Of a stretch of 64,000 nt of DNA, positions 44,645 to 55,919 are shown one piece after another. Below the pieces are notes generated by a model. The model did no database searches. It saw nothing but the letters and a program-made list of their open reading frames with translations, and was not told where the DNA came from. The DNA is from an uncultured Nitrososphaerales archaeon. GTDB lineage: Archaea; Thermoproteota; Nitrososphaeria; Nitrososphaerales; Nitrososphaeraceae. A program made the position numbers and the translations under genes. The stretch covers positions 704,001 to 768,000 of the forward strand of contig CAVQMO010000010.1 of NCBI GenBank assembly GCA_963713605.1. The letters run 5' to 3'. Each line of letters begins with the position of its first letter. Position 1 is the stretch's first letter.

Positions 44645-46547
44645 ATGATAGGGGCAAGGCTATCAAGGCTGAATATTGCCATCCTAGTGATCATAGTCGT
44701 AGTAGGCTTCTTGTCTTCGTCCCTTTCATATCAATACTCTTCCATGACAGCGAACAAGGTAGAAGAATTGGCTTCTGATAATATTAGGTCAAACGCAAGG
44801 ATTACCGCATTTGATCTCTCAAGAATCTTTTATCACACTGTGAATCCAGTTGTCAATAAGTTAGGCGTTTTATCGAGTAATCTTTCAGAAGGATTTGACA
44901 ACCAAAGCATGAACCAAATTCTTCTCAAATTTGCACAGGATTCCACAATGGATTTGACAGAAGGATACTATCTTTTTGATAAGGAAGGACAAATATTGTC
45001 GTGGACCGGCTTAGATCCTAAGAATCTTACTACATTCGGGTCTTCAGACCTGATGGATGAGGAATTTGTTCGAATTCCTCTCGAAACTTCATTACCCTAT
45101 TACAGCAATGTTCTTAACTTTCATGATAGTCAACCAAGGCTCTTGATTTCTTTTCCTATCTTTCGAGGAGGCCCTGAAGTAGGCACCGGAGATTCTGAGA
45201 TATCCAATTCAACTACTTTATCTAATGACCATTCTCCAGTTGGTGTAATAGTTGCGGCTATCAATCTGAATACTGTGGGCGAAATGTTACAGAGAGATTT
45301 GTCTCCCGAAGTAGTAAGTAATGTGGGATTCATGGACCGAGATGGAGTCATTGTATATGCTAGGGAGCCTTCTTTGGTTGGGAAGAATTATCTGTCCCCT
45401 GAATTTCAATCTCTTGTTTCTGAAGAGATAAAGAGTTCTTATAATGCGATCATAAATAACTCGCTAAGGGATAGGAATGGTGGAGTTAACGACATAGAGC
45501 TTCCCAATACAGATTCTATCGTGACTATGGCCTATCAGCCTGTCCGCATAGGCACTGAACATTTGTGGACACTCTACGTGAGTGTACCGCACAGTCTTGC
45601 AACAGAGGTTGGGGTCTTAATAGATCAATTGAGCACATTTAGTACGATAGTGGTGATAACCACAGCATGCGTTGCGGTGTTTATCTCATTCATCGTCCTA
45701 TCCTGGAACAAAAGGTTAGACAACGCAATCAGATCAAGGACAGGTCAATTGAAGGAGATCAATAATTCACTTGGGGAGACCAATCGACGCCTAGCAGTCG
45801 CCAACAAGGCAGCTTAAAATCCATGATAAGATGCAGAAAGAGTTCATAAATGTGGCAGCCCACGAATTGAGGACTCCTATCATGCCTATTCTTGGTGAGG
45901 CACAGTACATTGAACGTCAATTTATGGCATCGAAGCCCTTAGTGGCAGTGGACAATGAACAGGTTGAATCAATCATGCGGAACGCCAGAAGACTAGTAAG
46001 ATTAGCTTCAGACATTTTGGATGTAACCCGCATTGAAAGTAAAAGCCTAAAGCTTAGTAAGGAACCATTTGATCTCGACCTAATTATACATTCAGTCTTG
46101 GAGGATACGAAGAACGCTTTGAGGGCAGACGAAGAGAGAGCAAATCAAGTTCAGCTTCAATACAGATCAACAGGGGCAATTTTAGTTCATGCTGACAAGG
46201 GAAGGATATACCAAGTTATCTATAATCTTCTAGCTAACTCAGTAAAGTTCACGCAAGAGGGATACATACGTGTTGCCGTCGAAAAGAATTCCCATGACAT
46301 TGTACTCAGTGTTACAGACACTGGTAAGGGAATCGATTCCGATATCATGACTAGATTATTTACAAAGTTCTCGACCAAATCGGAGACTGGAACTGGGCTG
46401 GGTCTATTCATATGTAAGAGCATAATAGAAGCTCATGGGGGCAAGATTTGGGCAAAAAATAACATTGATGGAAAAGGTTCAACATTTAGTTTTACACTAG
46501 CTTGTGGTGTTATCGATCCCACAAAACGATTATCTGATAGTCGATGA
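44645..46547 (+). CDS. Membrane sensor histidine kinase with extracellular Cache-like domain (indel at about 45808)
   Basis: Two TMs, FINVAAHELRTP H-box, NLLANSVKFT, DTGKGI and GTGLGLFI. Confidence 0.92.
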
Positions 46548-46655
46548 AGAACGGCGGAAGTAAATAAGCATTGTTTACTGTCTATTCCTTGTTACTTCAT
46601 ACCAGAAATATGACTTTGATGTTGGTAACCATTTAGTACTTTGCTCTAATCTCGT

Positions 46656-46710
46656 TGCATGATCAAGCCAGCAAGAGTGCACAAGTACTTGTGCATGCAT
46701 GATCAAGCCA
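46656..46710. repeat. 15-bp direct repeats flanking an 18-bp perfect palindrome
   Basis: TGCATGATCAAGCCA at 46656-46670 and 46696-46710; TGCACAAGTACTTGTGCA at 46678-46695. Confidence 0.9.
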
Positions 46711-46737
46711 ACGCCTCAACATGTACCACCAAACAGT

Positions 46738-47091
46738 TTATCTCGCAACCATTTTCAGAATACTCTCTATAATCTTATTATGGTCTGCATTTACCTCTGT
46801 GGTTACTAGGAGTAGGTGATTTTGTTCTAATGGAACAGTTATTCTCTTGATTTTTTCATATTCGGCCATCGCATACCTTCCTTGTCCTATTTTTGAGGCG
46901 AGGGAATTCCTCAGGGCCCATCTCGCCAATGCCTGCAAATTTGATCGTTTCGTTTCGTCTGGAGACAGGTAATTGGTTATTCCTTCTCTTTGTCCACCAT
47001 ACTTTATCACTCCTGAATCGTCACAGACACCAGCGAACCTCACTCCCGATTCCAAATCAAGAACATCCTTACAGAGTCTGTCAAATTCCAT
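46738..47091 (-). CDS. Roadblock/profilin-like small protein typical of AOA
   Basis: VRFAGV...GGQREG...YAMAEYEKIKRITVPL...LLVTTE pattern. Confidence 0.75.
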   Translation of the reverse strand: MEFDRLCKDVLDLESGVRFAGVCDDSGVIKYGGQREGITNYLSPDETKRSNLQALARWALRNSLASKIGQGRYAMAEYEKIKRITVPLEQNHLLLVTTEVNADHNKIIESILKMVAR

Positions 47092-47403
47092 ATTTATAAC
47101 ATATTAACGTCACGGATCTAATAAGCATTGCCACCACTGGTTAGGCATGATTCTGGATCATACGACATCTAGCCTTTGAGATACTTTTACCAGCACGCAA
47201 CAGTAAATCGAATCTAATGCGACGACTTTTCCTTATCTTCAATTTAGTAAATGTGGCTTTTTTTGATAGTGACGGCCGTCAACTTAAGCTAACGTTGTTA
47301 ATATAAATAACCCTTCTTCATTCTCAACAGAGTATTTCCAGAAGCAAGGGAAACGCTCAAATTGTTTAACAAGCAATTCACAGGAGGAGAACAAAAATAG
47401 TCA

Positions 47404-48222
47404 ATGGTAAGATTCCGGGGTAATGAACGCTTTCTTCACCGGCTAGTTGATAACTCTTACAAGGCATTGGATGATGGAGCATATGATTTCAACACTTCGC
47501 ATCTCAAATCACACGATATTTTAGATCTTAGAAAACGTATAGTCTCTTGTCTATATGTACCTATAATAGGAGAAATAAAATACCGCTCGCCAACACACGG
47601 AGACTTGATAGATAAAAAATTCCAACCTTCAGACATAGCGGAAACGATGATAAATTCTGGAGCAATAGCAATATCAGTCTTGACTCAGCCCTATGAATTC
47701 CACGGATCTATATCCTATCTGTCAGACATTAGGCATAAAATAAATGCTCCCATTCTCATGAAAGATATAATTGTCAGTGATGTACAGGTTAGCATTGCCA
47801 GAAAAATCGGAGCAGATAGCATATTACTTATTAAATCAGTCTTCGACAATAACTTGGCTGAGGGTGATATAGAAGAATACCTAGATTATGCAAATCGGAT
47901 AGGTTTAGAGGTAATCATTGAAGTTCATTCCCAGATAGAATTTGCCGAGTCAATGAAATTAATAGAGGGTTCAAGCAATAATATCCTCGGAATAAACAAT
48001 CGTGACTTGGATACTCTGGATGTGGATACATCAGTAACGTCAGAGATCCTTACTAATCGGAACAAAGGCAAGAATGTGGTCATAAGTGAAAGTGGCATTT
48101 CAGATTCACAAACTATCCGCCAGCTCAGGAAAGTTGGAGCGGATGGTTTTCTAATAGGGGCAGGTCTCATTCAGTCATCAGATATTGGTTATAAGGTGCA
48201 GGAGCTAGTTCAAGCTATCTAA
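47404..48222 (+). CDS. trpC: Indole-3-glycerol phosphate synthase
   Basis: IIGEIKYRSPT, ISVLTQ, PILMKDI, GADSILLI, GINNRDL and ISESGI. Confidence 0.93.
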   Translation: MVRFRGNERFLHRLVDNSYKALDDGAYDFNTSHLKSHDILDLRKRIVSCLYVPIIGEIKYRSPTHGDLIDKKFQPSDIAETMINSGAIAISVLTQPYEFHGSISYLSDIRHKINAPILMKDIIVSDVQVSIARKIGADSILLIKSVFDNNLAEGDIEEYLDYANRIGLEVIIEVHSQIEFAESMKLIEGSSNNILGINNRDLDTLDVDTSVTSEILTNRNKGKNVVISESGISDSQTIRQLRKVGADGFLIGAGLIQSSDIGYKVQELVQAI

Positions 48223-48771
48223 GCCTATGTAGATGCTCAAGTTGCATTCGGGAAATAGCAGATTAATACCAGGTAAACTCTTACTCAAAAATTATAGCAA
48301 AATACTCCACTGGCTAGCCTTAATTCGCAACCTTGTGGCAAGAGCGAACCTCTGTTCAAAAATAATCTTTTTAATTATACCATGTCAGTTCCTCGGCGCC
48401 AATTGGAGTAGGTTAACCCCATCTTGAATATTTGTAGCAAGTCATGTACGTTATCGTTTATGAAGTCGATTGCAGTACTATGCTCTTGCTATCTTCCGGG
48501 GTCAAAGTGAGAGCCGTGATAACATTAGGTGTCACGAAAGATAACTAATTCTCTTACTGCACCTCACGATTAAGATAGTTATACCACAAGCCTCTGATAT
48601 GTTAGGTGACTATAGGAAACCGATTGACTGACATAATGCCCTAATAGCTTAAGTTTTTGGCAATTGCTAGTTTCAGACAGTGTAGATAGTCGATATTTTC
48701 ATCACTCGCGAGCATTCGACGTCTGGAGGTTGAAATCTATGCGAACTGCTACAATAGGATCGGATATTCAG

Positions 48772-48957
48772 CTATGTAAATTCACTAAACCTCTCGTTGA
48801 ACACTTTGCAACCTATCTTCTTGTGAATGTCTACCATCTCCTTTGCATCTCGATCGTCATCAATCTCAAGATGAAATCCACAATTTCTACACACTATCTC
48901 ACTCGACATTCCCTTGTGTCCTATTTCTATCTGATTCATAACGAACCTTACTGACAT
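48772..48957 (-). CDS. Possible small zinc-finger protein
   Basis: CRNC...H....C in a 61-aa ORF. Confidence 0.4.
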   Translation of the reverse strand: MSVRFVMNQIEIGHKGMSSEIVCRNCGFHLEIDDDRDAKEMVDIHKKIGCKVFNERFSEFT

Positions 48958-49480
48958 TGTATCTTAAATCCCATTGACAACAAAATTTGAGCCAGAATTG
49001 AGCAAAAAGCTTTCCGGTCGTATTGAATGCCAATTAGTCCTTCTCAGAAGGAGATACATTTGACCGGGAAGGTAGGTGAAAATATTCACAAAGGCGAAGA
49101 TCTCTGGCGAACCAGCATTAATCAAATATTCCCAGGTATTTATAGTGGCTTGTCGTCAATCCCGGTGAACCTTCTTTTGAAATTTTCCGATGAAAAATAC
49201 ATTGAAGGTGATCAATCGAATCGTCCATTTGCAGTAGAGACTTAAGACCATTTACATCTCAAATGTAGAATTCATTGATGATGGCCACTCCCGTGTTGAG
49301 AGTGCTACCCTGACCGACCGTTGCGAATATGTTGAAAGGGTCATCACAGCTTTAGCACGTCGTTTTGTGTTATTTTATTCCATTTACGTTTATCAATCTT
49401 CTTAAGTCAGCCGTAATGTTAGTCGATGCTTGACAAGTCTATGCGGATCATATTTATGTTTAAAAACTCTAACATCTACC

Positions 49481-49903
49481 ATGCCAGAAGTTGTAAAGAA
49501 TATAATGACTCGAGAAGTTATTACTATTGACAACGATAGGAATATCGTGGACGCTGCGAGATTAATGACAAGTAATCAAATAAGCTCATTAATTGTCGAG
49601 AAGAATCACGATGCGATTGGAATTATTTCCGAAAGAGATTTTGTTCGAAAAGTTTGTTCCAAAGACCTCCGCTCCTCAGAGATCTTGGTATCAGAGATAA
49701 TGTCCAACATATCCATAACGGCTGAACCTGATACCCCACTGGAAGTGGCTGTCCAGAGAATGATTAATCACAGGATAAGAAGACTGCCAGTCCTAGAGAA
49801 AGGGAAGATTGTCGGTATTGTGACAGTGACAGACTTAGCAAGAGAATTAAGAAAAGTCGTCCTACAAGAAGGAGTACTTTACGAACTTTTAAATTCGCAA
49901 TAG
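49481..49903 (+). CDS. CBS-domain protein
   Basis: VKNIMTREV, GIISERDF, IRRLPV and GIVTVTDL. Confidence 0.9.
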   Translation: MPEVVKNIMTREVITIDNDRNIVDAARLMTSNQISSLIVEKNHDAIGIISERDFVRKVCSKDLRSSEILVSEIMSNISITAEPDTPLEVAVQRMINHRIRRLPVLEKGKIVGIVTVTDLARELRKVVLQEGVLYELLNSQ

Positions 49904-50566
49904 AAACGACTCTCAAGTATCACGGGTACGCTGCCAGGTTACTCCACAGACTTCCGGGATAATACTACGAATTAAATAATATCAGTGTATGAGGAACCCT
50001 GTTTGTATTAATTGCAACTTCCTAAATATACAAAGGCTTCATGTTTTGGAACTCACGCTGCCCATGTGAGTCTCTAACCATTATCGGATTTATTTACTGA
50101 AAGTTAGATCCATTAAATTCAATCAAACTTTTAACGAATAAAGCCCAATGCAGGACGTTTGTGCTCTATTATTAGGAATTACTCAGCGCTTTTATATATC
50201 TAATAAAAAAAACAACCGGTAAATCGATTTAACTAGGATGACAGTCGTATTCTGAAAAATAGTCGATACAGTATATAGACGTGTACCACGTGCAGTCAAT
50301 TGTATATATACCACTATTAGTATAGACTTCTACGCAATTCTAGAGGATTATCAACCAACGACCATTATTTAGATGTTTCATGCAGGATAGGGGATAACCT
50401 CTTCTTGGTCTTTCATTATTGAAAACATGACTGATGTCTGCACGTCGCATAACGGATGAATTAACAAATATAGGACTAAATTCTTTCATGTGTCAAGCAT
50501 ACAATACATACTCGGTAGATAGTTAAAGTAATAGTAAATAATGGGAATAGACCTGTTACACATTGA

Positions 50567-51829
50567 ATGATGTGGACTGAAAAATACCGACCTCATAGGT
50601 TTGATGACCTAGTGGGAAATCTTGAAGCTCGCTCGCAGATCATAAAATGGCTAGACACCTGGGTCAATGGCAAAAGGCCATTGCTTATCATAGGTCCACC
50701 GGGTGTTGGGAAGACGTCATTTGTCCACATACTATCAACCGATTATGATTACGATTTAATTGAAATGAATGCCAGCGATTCTAGAACTAAAACTTTATTG
50801 GAATCTAGGATCCTTCCAATACTCAATAATACTAGCCTTTATGGTAAACGAATGCTTTTGTTTCTTGACGAGGTAGATGGAATTTATCGAAGGCAAGACA
50901 CGGGGGGAATTGAATTCCTAATTAAGATCCTAAAGGAGCCCACAATACCAATTTTATTGGCATCCAATTCCAAGAACCAACGGATTAAGGAGTTAACTAA
51001 AAATTGCAGAGTAATCGAATTTCATTCAATATCCTTAGACCTGTCTGAAAAACTTTTGGACCAGATTCTGTCTAACGAAGGATTAAACTTTCCTGTATCG
51101 GAAAAAGACTTAATCGTGAAGAGAAGCCATGGAGATATACGTTCTCTACTTAACCTTGCTCAATCTGCACATGCTCAGTACATGGTAGAGAAAGAATACA
51201 TGTCTGAAATAGATATTGGGCCAGCTGTTGACGCATTCTTTGCTGAAACCTCTCTAGAAAATGCGAAGAATATTCTTGCTAGATCAGATTCCCATTACGT
51301 GGACCCCCGGTTCGGGTTATCTCCTGAAGACAGGAGAAGGGATATTCTGTATGCCTTCTTTACAAGTATTATTTCGTCTCGTGCACTAGATATGAAAACA
51401 AAAGCTGGCCTACTTGAGATTTTATCCTCGATTGACGTCTGGATAGGAAGGATATTTCAGAACCGAAATTGGAGATTGTTAAGGTATCTTGATGAGATGC
51501 TTGCAAACAGAATATACAGCCTATCCCGAAGCAGGGCGATAAACTATTCTCAATATAGTTTTCTATGGCCTACTATTATGCAGGCTATTTCAAGAAGTCA
51601 AGGTTTGAAACCTCTATTCCCTATCCTTTCAGATGAGACTCATTCAGGGACCAGTGCATGTGGGTCATTGACCCTGCCTTACTTTATTTACATCCTGTCC
51701 AAGCATGAAAATCTTGAACATATCCTCACGTTACTTGACTTAGACCAAAAACAAGTGTCGGCAATAGCAAAGGAAATGGATGTATTCCAAAAGCGTATGT
51801 CTCGGACGCGCCTTCGCTTACAAGGTTAG
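50567..51829 (+). CDS. rfcL: Replication factor C large subunit
   Basis: WTEKYRP, GPPGVGKT, EMNASD, LDEVDG and GDIRS. Confidence 0.93.
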   Translation: MMWTEKYRPHRFDDLVGNLEARSQIIKWLDTWVNGKRPLLIIGPPGVGKTSFVHILSTDYDYDLIEMNASDSRTKTLLESRILPILNNTSLYGKRMLLFLDEVDGIYRRQDTGGIEFLIKILKEPTIPILLASNSKNQRIKELTKNCRVIEFHSISLDLSEKLLDQILSNEGLNFPVSEKDLIVKRSHGDIRSLLNLAQSAHAQYMVEKEYMSEIDIGPAVDAFFAETSLENAKNILARSDSHYVDPRFGLSPEDRRRDILYAFFTSIISSRALDMKTKAGLLEILSSIDVWIGRIFQNRNWRLLRYLDEMLANRIYSLSRSRAINYSQYSFLWPTIMQAISRSQGLKPLFPILSDETHSGTSACGSLTLPYFIYILSKHENLEHILTLLDLDQKQVSAIAKEMDVFQKRMSRTRLRLQG

Positions 51830-51947
51830 CGCTGTTAGAAGTAACATTGTTATTCCACTCATTTCTAAACGCGAGCTATGAGGTACGTTTTTCCTCTTAG
51901 CTCTAGTCTCATCTCCAATACGTGATAGAACTACAAAGCAATTCAAT

Positions 51948-53051
51948 CTATGATTGGGGATCGAAGCGAAGTCGAAGGAAATTCTCTAGTTTCCCAATAT
52001 TATATCCTGTCTTGGACGATATAAGCATGAAATGGCAAGTCAGGGGATCAAATGCGTTCAATTTTGTCAGTGTCGTGACAAATGAATCGTAGTCTTTAAT
52101 CTGATCGGCCTTATTGAATAAATAAAGGATCCTGGTTAGTGGAATCATTAGGTCATTCATCACCTTTGTTGAACTTTGTATCTTCTTGTCAATTACTTTC
52201 AGCGGATCACTTCCATCAATAACTAAGAGAGTCAAGTCAGAAAATGTCATCTCATTTAATGTAGATCTAAATGCATCTATCATATAGGGCGGAAGTTTGT
52301 TAATGAAACCAATTGTGTCACTAATAAGTAGTTTCATATTTCTGTTGACTTTAAACGACCGTGTATATGTAGAGAGGGTAGTAAACATTCCTTCTCCTGT
52401 CCGCTTTGTCTCTCCGGTGAGCCTGTTGAATAGCGTCGTTTTTCCAGCAGAAGTGTATCCTGCGATCGAAACCGTTGGAAGCCCTGATTTTCCCCGTTGT
52501 ATTCTGTGCATCTCTCTCTTCTTTTTCTCTTTTTCCAGCTTTTTCTTCAAAAATGAAATTCTCTTCTTAAGATCTAAAGAAAAGACGTCGGCGTCATATT
52601 TACCTAGACCAAAAAATCCTGGCTGCTCACCTAATTTAGCAAGTCTGACTTTATCTTTTATTCTGACTGTTTCATATCTTAGCTCGGCTAATTTCACCTG
52701 AATCGTAGATTCCTTTGTGATTGCCCTTCTCTCAAATATGTCCAGAATTAACCTCTCACGATCCATTACTTCTATTCTGCAGAGGCTGGCAATATTATAC
52801 TGCTGTGACGGTTTCAAGACTTCATCAAATATGATAACATCTGGATTGGAGATTCTAACCATTTCCTGTACTTCAAGAGCCTTTCCATGACCGATTCCAA
52901 ATCTTGATCTCGTTATATTCTTTTGAGTAACTGTTCTCCAAACCTTGTACCCGGCCGCGTCGGCAAGTGCCGTCGCCTCTTCAATAGATCCCGTTTCCGG
53001 GTAGGTGATAAGAATTGCCGATCGGGGGCTATCTATTTTTATCACCTTCAT
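51948..53051 (-). CDS. hflX: GTPase HflX
   Basis: DRERLILDIF, GYTSAGKTT, FTTL, DTIGFI and NKAD. Confidence 0.95.
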   Translation of the reverse strand: MKVIKIDSPRSAILITYPETGSIEEATALADAAGYKVWRTVTQKNITRSRFGIGHGKALEVQEMVRISNPDVIIFDEVLKPSQQYNIASLCRIEVMDRERLILDIFERRAITKESTIQVKLAELRYETVRIKDKVRLAKLGEQPGFFGLGKYDADVFSLDLKKRISFLKKKLEKEKKKREMHRIQRGKSGLPTVSIAGYTSAGKTTLFNRLTGETKRTGEGMFTTLSTYTRSFKVNRNMKLLISDTIGFINKLPPYMIDAFRSTLNEMTFSDLTLLVIDGSDPLKVIDKKIQSSTKVMNDLMIPLTRILYLFNKADQIKDYDSFVTTLTKLNAFDPLTCHFMLISSKTGYNIGKLENFLRLRFDPQS

Positions 53052-53858
53052 TTTAGTTTGATAAAGTAAGAGTTGTTAAAAGTCGTAACATCCTTGGTGA
53101 GATTGCATGGGGCATACAAAGATACCTTCAATTCAGAGGACAGCCTAATGATTTATAAATGTAAGCGGAAGTCCCACAATTAAAATAACTTCGTTTGAAC
53201 CCTGTCTATTCTAGACAATCCCACCCAAATTCGTATATTTGAAATTTTGAGGGTTGAATATACATTAGACTAATAGCATATACTTTTGTACAGGTCCGCT
53301 ACATACTACGAACGTATGTACAGCGGATTTATATATCGCAAACGTTCGCCGAGTCATCAGCAGAGTTGATCTCGTATGGTGTTGCAATGAATGTATCGTG
53401 ACTTCGTCTTTTGACGCTTAATAAGTATGGGAGGTTAAGCTATCGGTCACTGCAACACATGCATGATATGATCTATTTTGAGCATTATTTGGCTGCATAC
53501 TGTTCCCACTAATCGGGAAATAGGTTATAACTTAATAATAAATTCCATTTCCAACGGTCGGTATCAAACTATTAGTCAAGTTCGTTTACGTCAAACCGAA
53601 ACTGATTTCACAGAAATTAGTTTTTCGTTTCCAATCGGAGCTATCTAGAGTTTCGCCATCAAACTAAATACGAACCAGACCTTATCTTAGTTAGGGAAAC
53701 CTTGATAGTACACCTTTAGATTCAAAAATGCCTATCCCAAAGTGAACTGAATTATAGAAACCTATGCAAGCTGATTTAAGGCAATGATCAATTCTAGTCT
53801 GTTGCTATGGTTGGTATCAATTCGTTAAGTTAATGGAATACATCGGTTCGACAATCAA

Positions 53859-54398
53859 TTATCCATATAGTGAATATCTATCCTTCAATATTTGCCTCAA
53901 TTTTCGAGACAATTTTTCACTGACATTTTTTTGCTGATCATTCTTCATGAGGGGGCTAATATTTGAAAACGCAAATGGACCATATGCATAACTTCCTTGT
54001 TGAGACGGTATAACTGGTTCAATTGAATTTAATATATTGACTAAATTGGTCCTTGGTCGTCCGATCGGCTTCACCGTACCTGTTTCGTCGTCAACCGTTC
54101 TCAGCAAAATCTTTAGTATTGAATCTGGGTCGATCTTTCTGTAGCCAAAAGGAGCAGATTCAATCTGTTTATAAACCGTAGTAACGTCCGCATCAACTTT
54201 GGTTCCAATTATAATAGGGACAGGTTTATAAATTGAATCAACTTTAATTTGCCATACCTCATCAAAATTAGAAATTGTTGCATCAAAGAAACCATCGTCA
54301 TGGTTTGAAGGACTAATCAAAAACTTCCAATTTTTAGGATTAGTGCAGTATTTATCAAATAGATATTTTCCCAAATTTCTGTCTTGGAGTATCTCCAT
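53859..54398 (-). CDS. Hypothetical protein
   Basis: 179-aa ORF with ATG start and SD-like GAAGTG upstream. Confidence 0.7.
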   Translation of the reverse strand: MEILQDRNLGKYLFDKYCTNPKNWKFLISPSNHDDGFFDATISNFDEVWQIKVDSIYKPVPIIIGTKVDADVTTVYKQIESAPFGYRKIDPDSILKILLRTVDDETGTVKPIGRPRTNLVNILNSIEPVIPSQQGSYAYGPFAFSNISPLMKNDQQKNVSEKLSRKLRQILKDRYSLYG

Positions 54399-54812
54399 CT
54401 ATGACACTTCGCCTTGATAGCAATATATGAATTTTGCCACTATTTCAACAGGGAAAGTCCTACGCTTTACCGCAAGCTACTCATTTACGTATCAGTGATT
54501 TGACGCTTATTTCGTATCCGAAGTATGTATGCGACGGCAACTAGAGCTACTAGTATACCCAACATGGCAAAAAAAGTACCCTCATTCTTTACAGTCCCTT
54601 GTGGCAATATATTCAAAGTACTTGCTTTAACAAATGAACAAGATGCTAGTAGCCCAGTCAAACAGAATACTGACAATTGATGAATTTGGACTAGTCAGTA
54701 TTTAAAGTTCTACCCAGTCTGGCAGGTTATCATATTTTGACCCTCAATTTCCTACTTCGGTGACCACTATTACAGGTTATACATTTATTACTTATTCGCC
54801 TTCAGAGGCAAT

Positions 54813-54884
54813 GATGCTAATGATGAAAAGGAAGAGCCGTCTGAGATAAGCCTCAGTGATGTTGATTATGAGTCCTGAAGCATC
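54813..54884 (+). ncRNA. C/D-box guide sRNA
   Basis: Terminal stem GATGCT/AGCATC; C ATGATGA (54820-26); D' CTGA (54841-44); C' GTGATGT (54856-62); D CTGA (54875-78); TATA-like TTTATTA about 25 nt upstream. Confidence 0.85.
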
Positions 54885-55219
54885 CACTCCTAATCAATGA
54901 GCTTCACAATTTTGAGCTTTCAATACTTAGTTAGTTGTAAGTCATGGGAAGGAAGGTGGGATAATGAAGAGAGAAGTGGTGTGAATGATGGTGGTGAGGA
55001 TGCGACCAAGTCCAGAGGGATCGGAACCAGAACAGGAAGGCGGTGGTGGAAGAGAAGACGTGGATGAAGACAATCTTGAGAACGACTATCGATTCAGTTG
55101 TGCTGGCAAATAAAGTACGACCCATGACATTCGCTATTCGACATCACTCTATATCCACTTGAGAAAAAGCTAAACTCGCTTCAATACTTATTTATAGCTA
55201 CATATGGAAGGTAACCCGA

Positions 55220-55906
55220 ATGAGGCTTGGCTGTCTTTTTTCTGGAGGAAAGGATAGTACCTATGCAATCTATGAAAGCATACGGCATGGGCACGAAATC
55301 AGTTGCCTATTGACGTTATTTCCGCCAAGCAACGAAAGCCTACTTTTTCATTTTCCAAATGTCTATATCACTCCTCTGGTTGCAAAAGCAATAAGACTTC
55401 CACACTTGGTATCGTCGGTTAAGGGAACTGATTTAAAATGTGAGTTAGCAGCACTTGAAGGCCTAATCAATCAGGCAAGGGTTCAATATCATATTGATGG
55501 AATTGTGCACGGCGGTATTTCAAGTAGATTTCAAAAATCCAATTTCAGCAACTGCTGCTCTAAGTATGGCCTTCATGTTGTTAGCCCACTGTGGGGTAAA
55601 CCCGCAATCAAGTTCATGAGAGGACTAATTTCGAATGGCTTCAAAACTCTAATAACAAGTGTTTCAACTATGGGTCTAGACCGATACTGGTTGGGGAAAA
55701 TAATAGACGAGAAGGAACTGGAACGATTAATTGAGTTGAGTGATCGTAATCACTTTAATTTGAATTTTGAAGGAGGAGAGGCAGAAACTTTAGTCTTGGA
55801 TAGTCCTATTCATCATGAAACAGTTGATGTTATGGACTTTGAAATTCAATGGGATGGTCAGCGTGGAATTTTTAAAATAACTAGCGTAGGGCTAAAATCA
55901 AAATAA
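55220..55906 (+). CDS. dph6: Diphthine--ammonia ligase (Dph6 family)
   Basis: LFSGGKDS PP-loop, FHFPN, PLW and EGGEAETLVLDSP. Confidence 0.88.
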   Translation: MRLGCLFSGGKDSTYAIYESIRHGHEISCLLTLFPPSNESLLFHFPNVYITPLVAKAIRLPHLVSSVKGTDLKCELAALEGLINQARVQYHIDGIVHGGISSRFQKSNFSNCCSKYGLHVVSPLWGKPAIKFMRGLISNGFKTLITSVSTMGLDRYWLGKIIDEKELERLIELSDRNHFNLNFEGGEAETLVLDSPIHHETVDVMDFEIQWDGQRGIFKITSVGLKSK

Positions 55907-55919
55907 GGAAACAAAAGAT

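Noticed and set aside
49275..49350. TGATGA-initiated segment with a possible closing stem
   Set aside because: C'/D boxes are not in a valid arrangement and no target was identified.
53289..53328. Hairpin TCCGCT-ACATAC...GTATGT-AC-AGCGGA in an 800-bp intergenic region
   Set aside because: Single imperfect stem; no second copy, terminal repeats or RNA family motif recognised.
54485..54676. 63-aa ORF with C-terminal TM and basic tail
   Set aside because: TTG start, no recognisable domain; may be a fragment, insufficient support.
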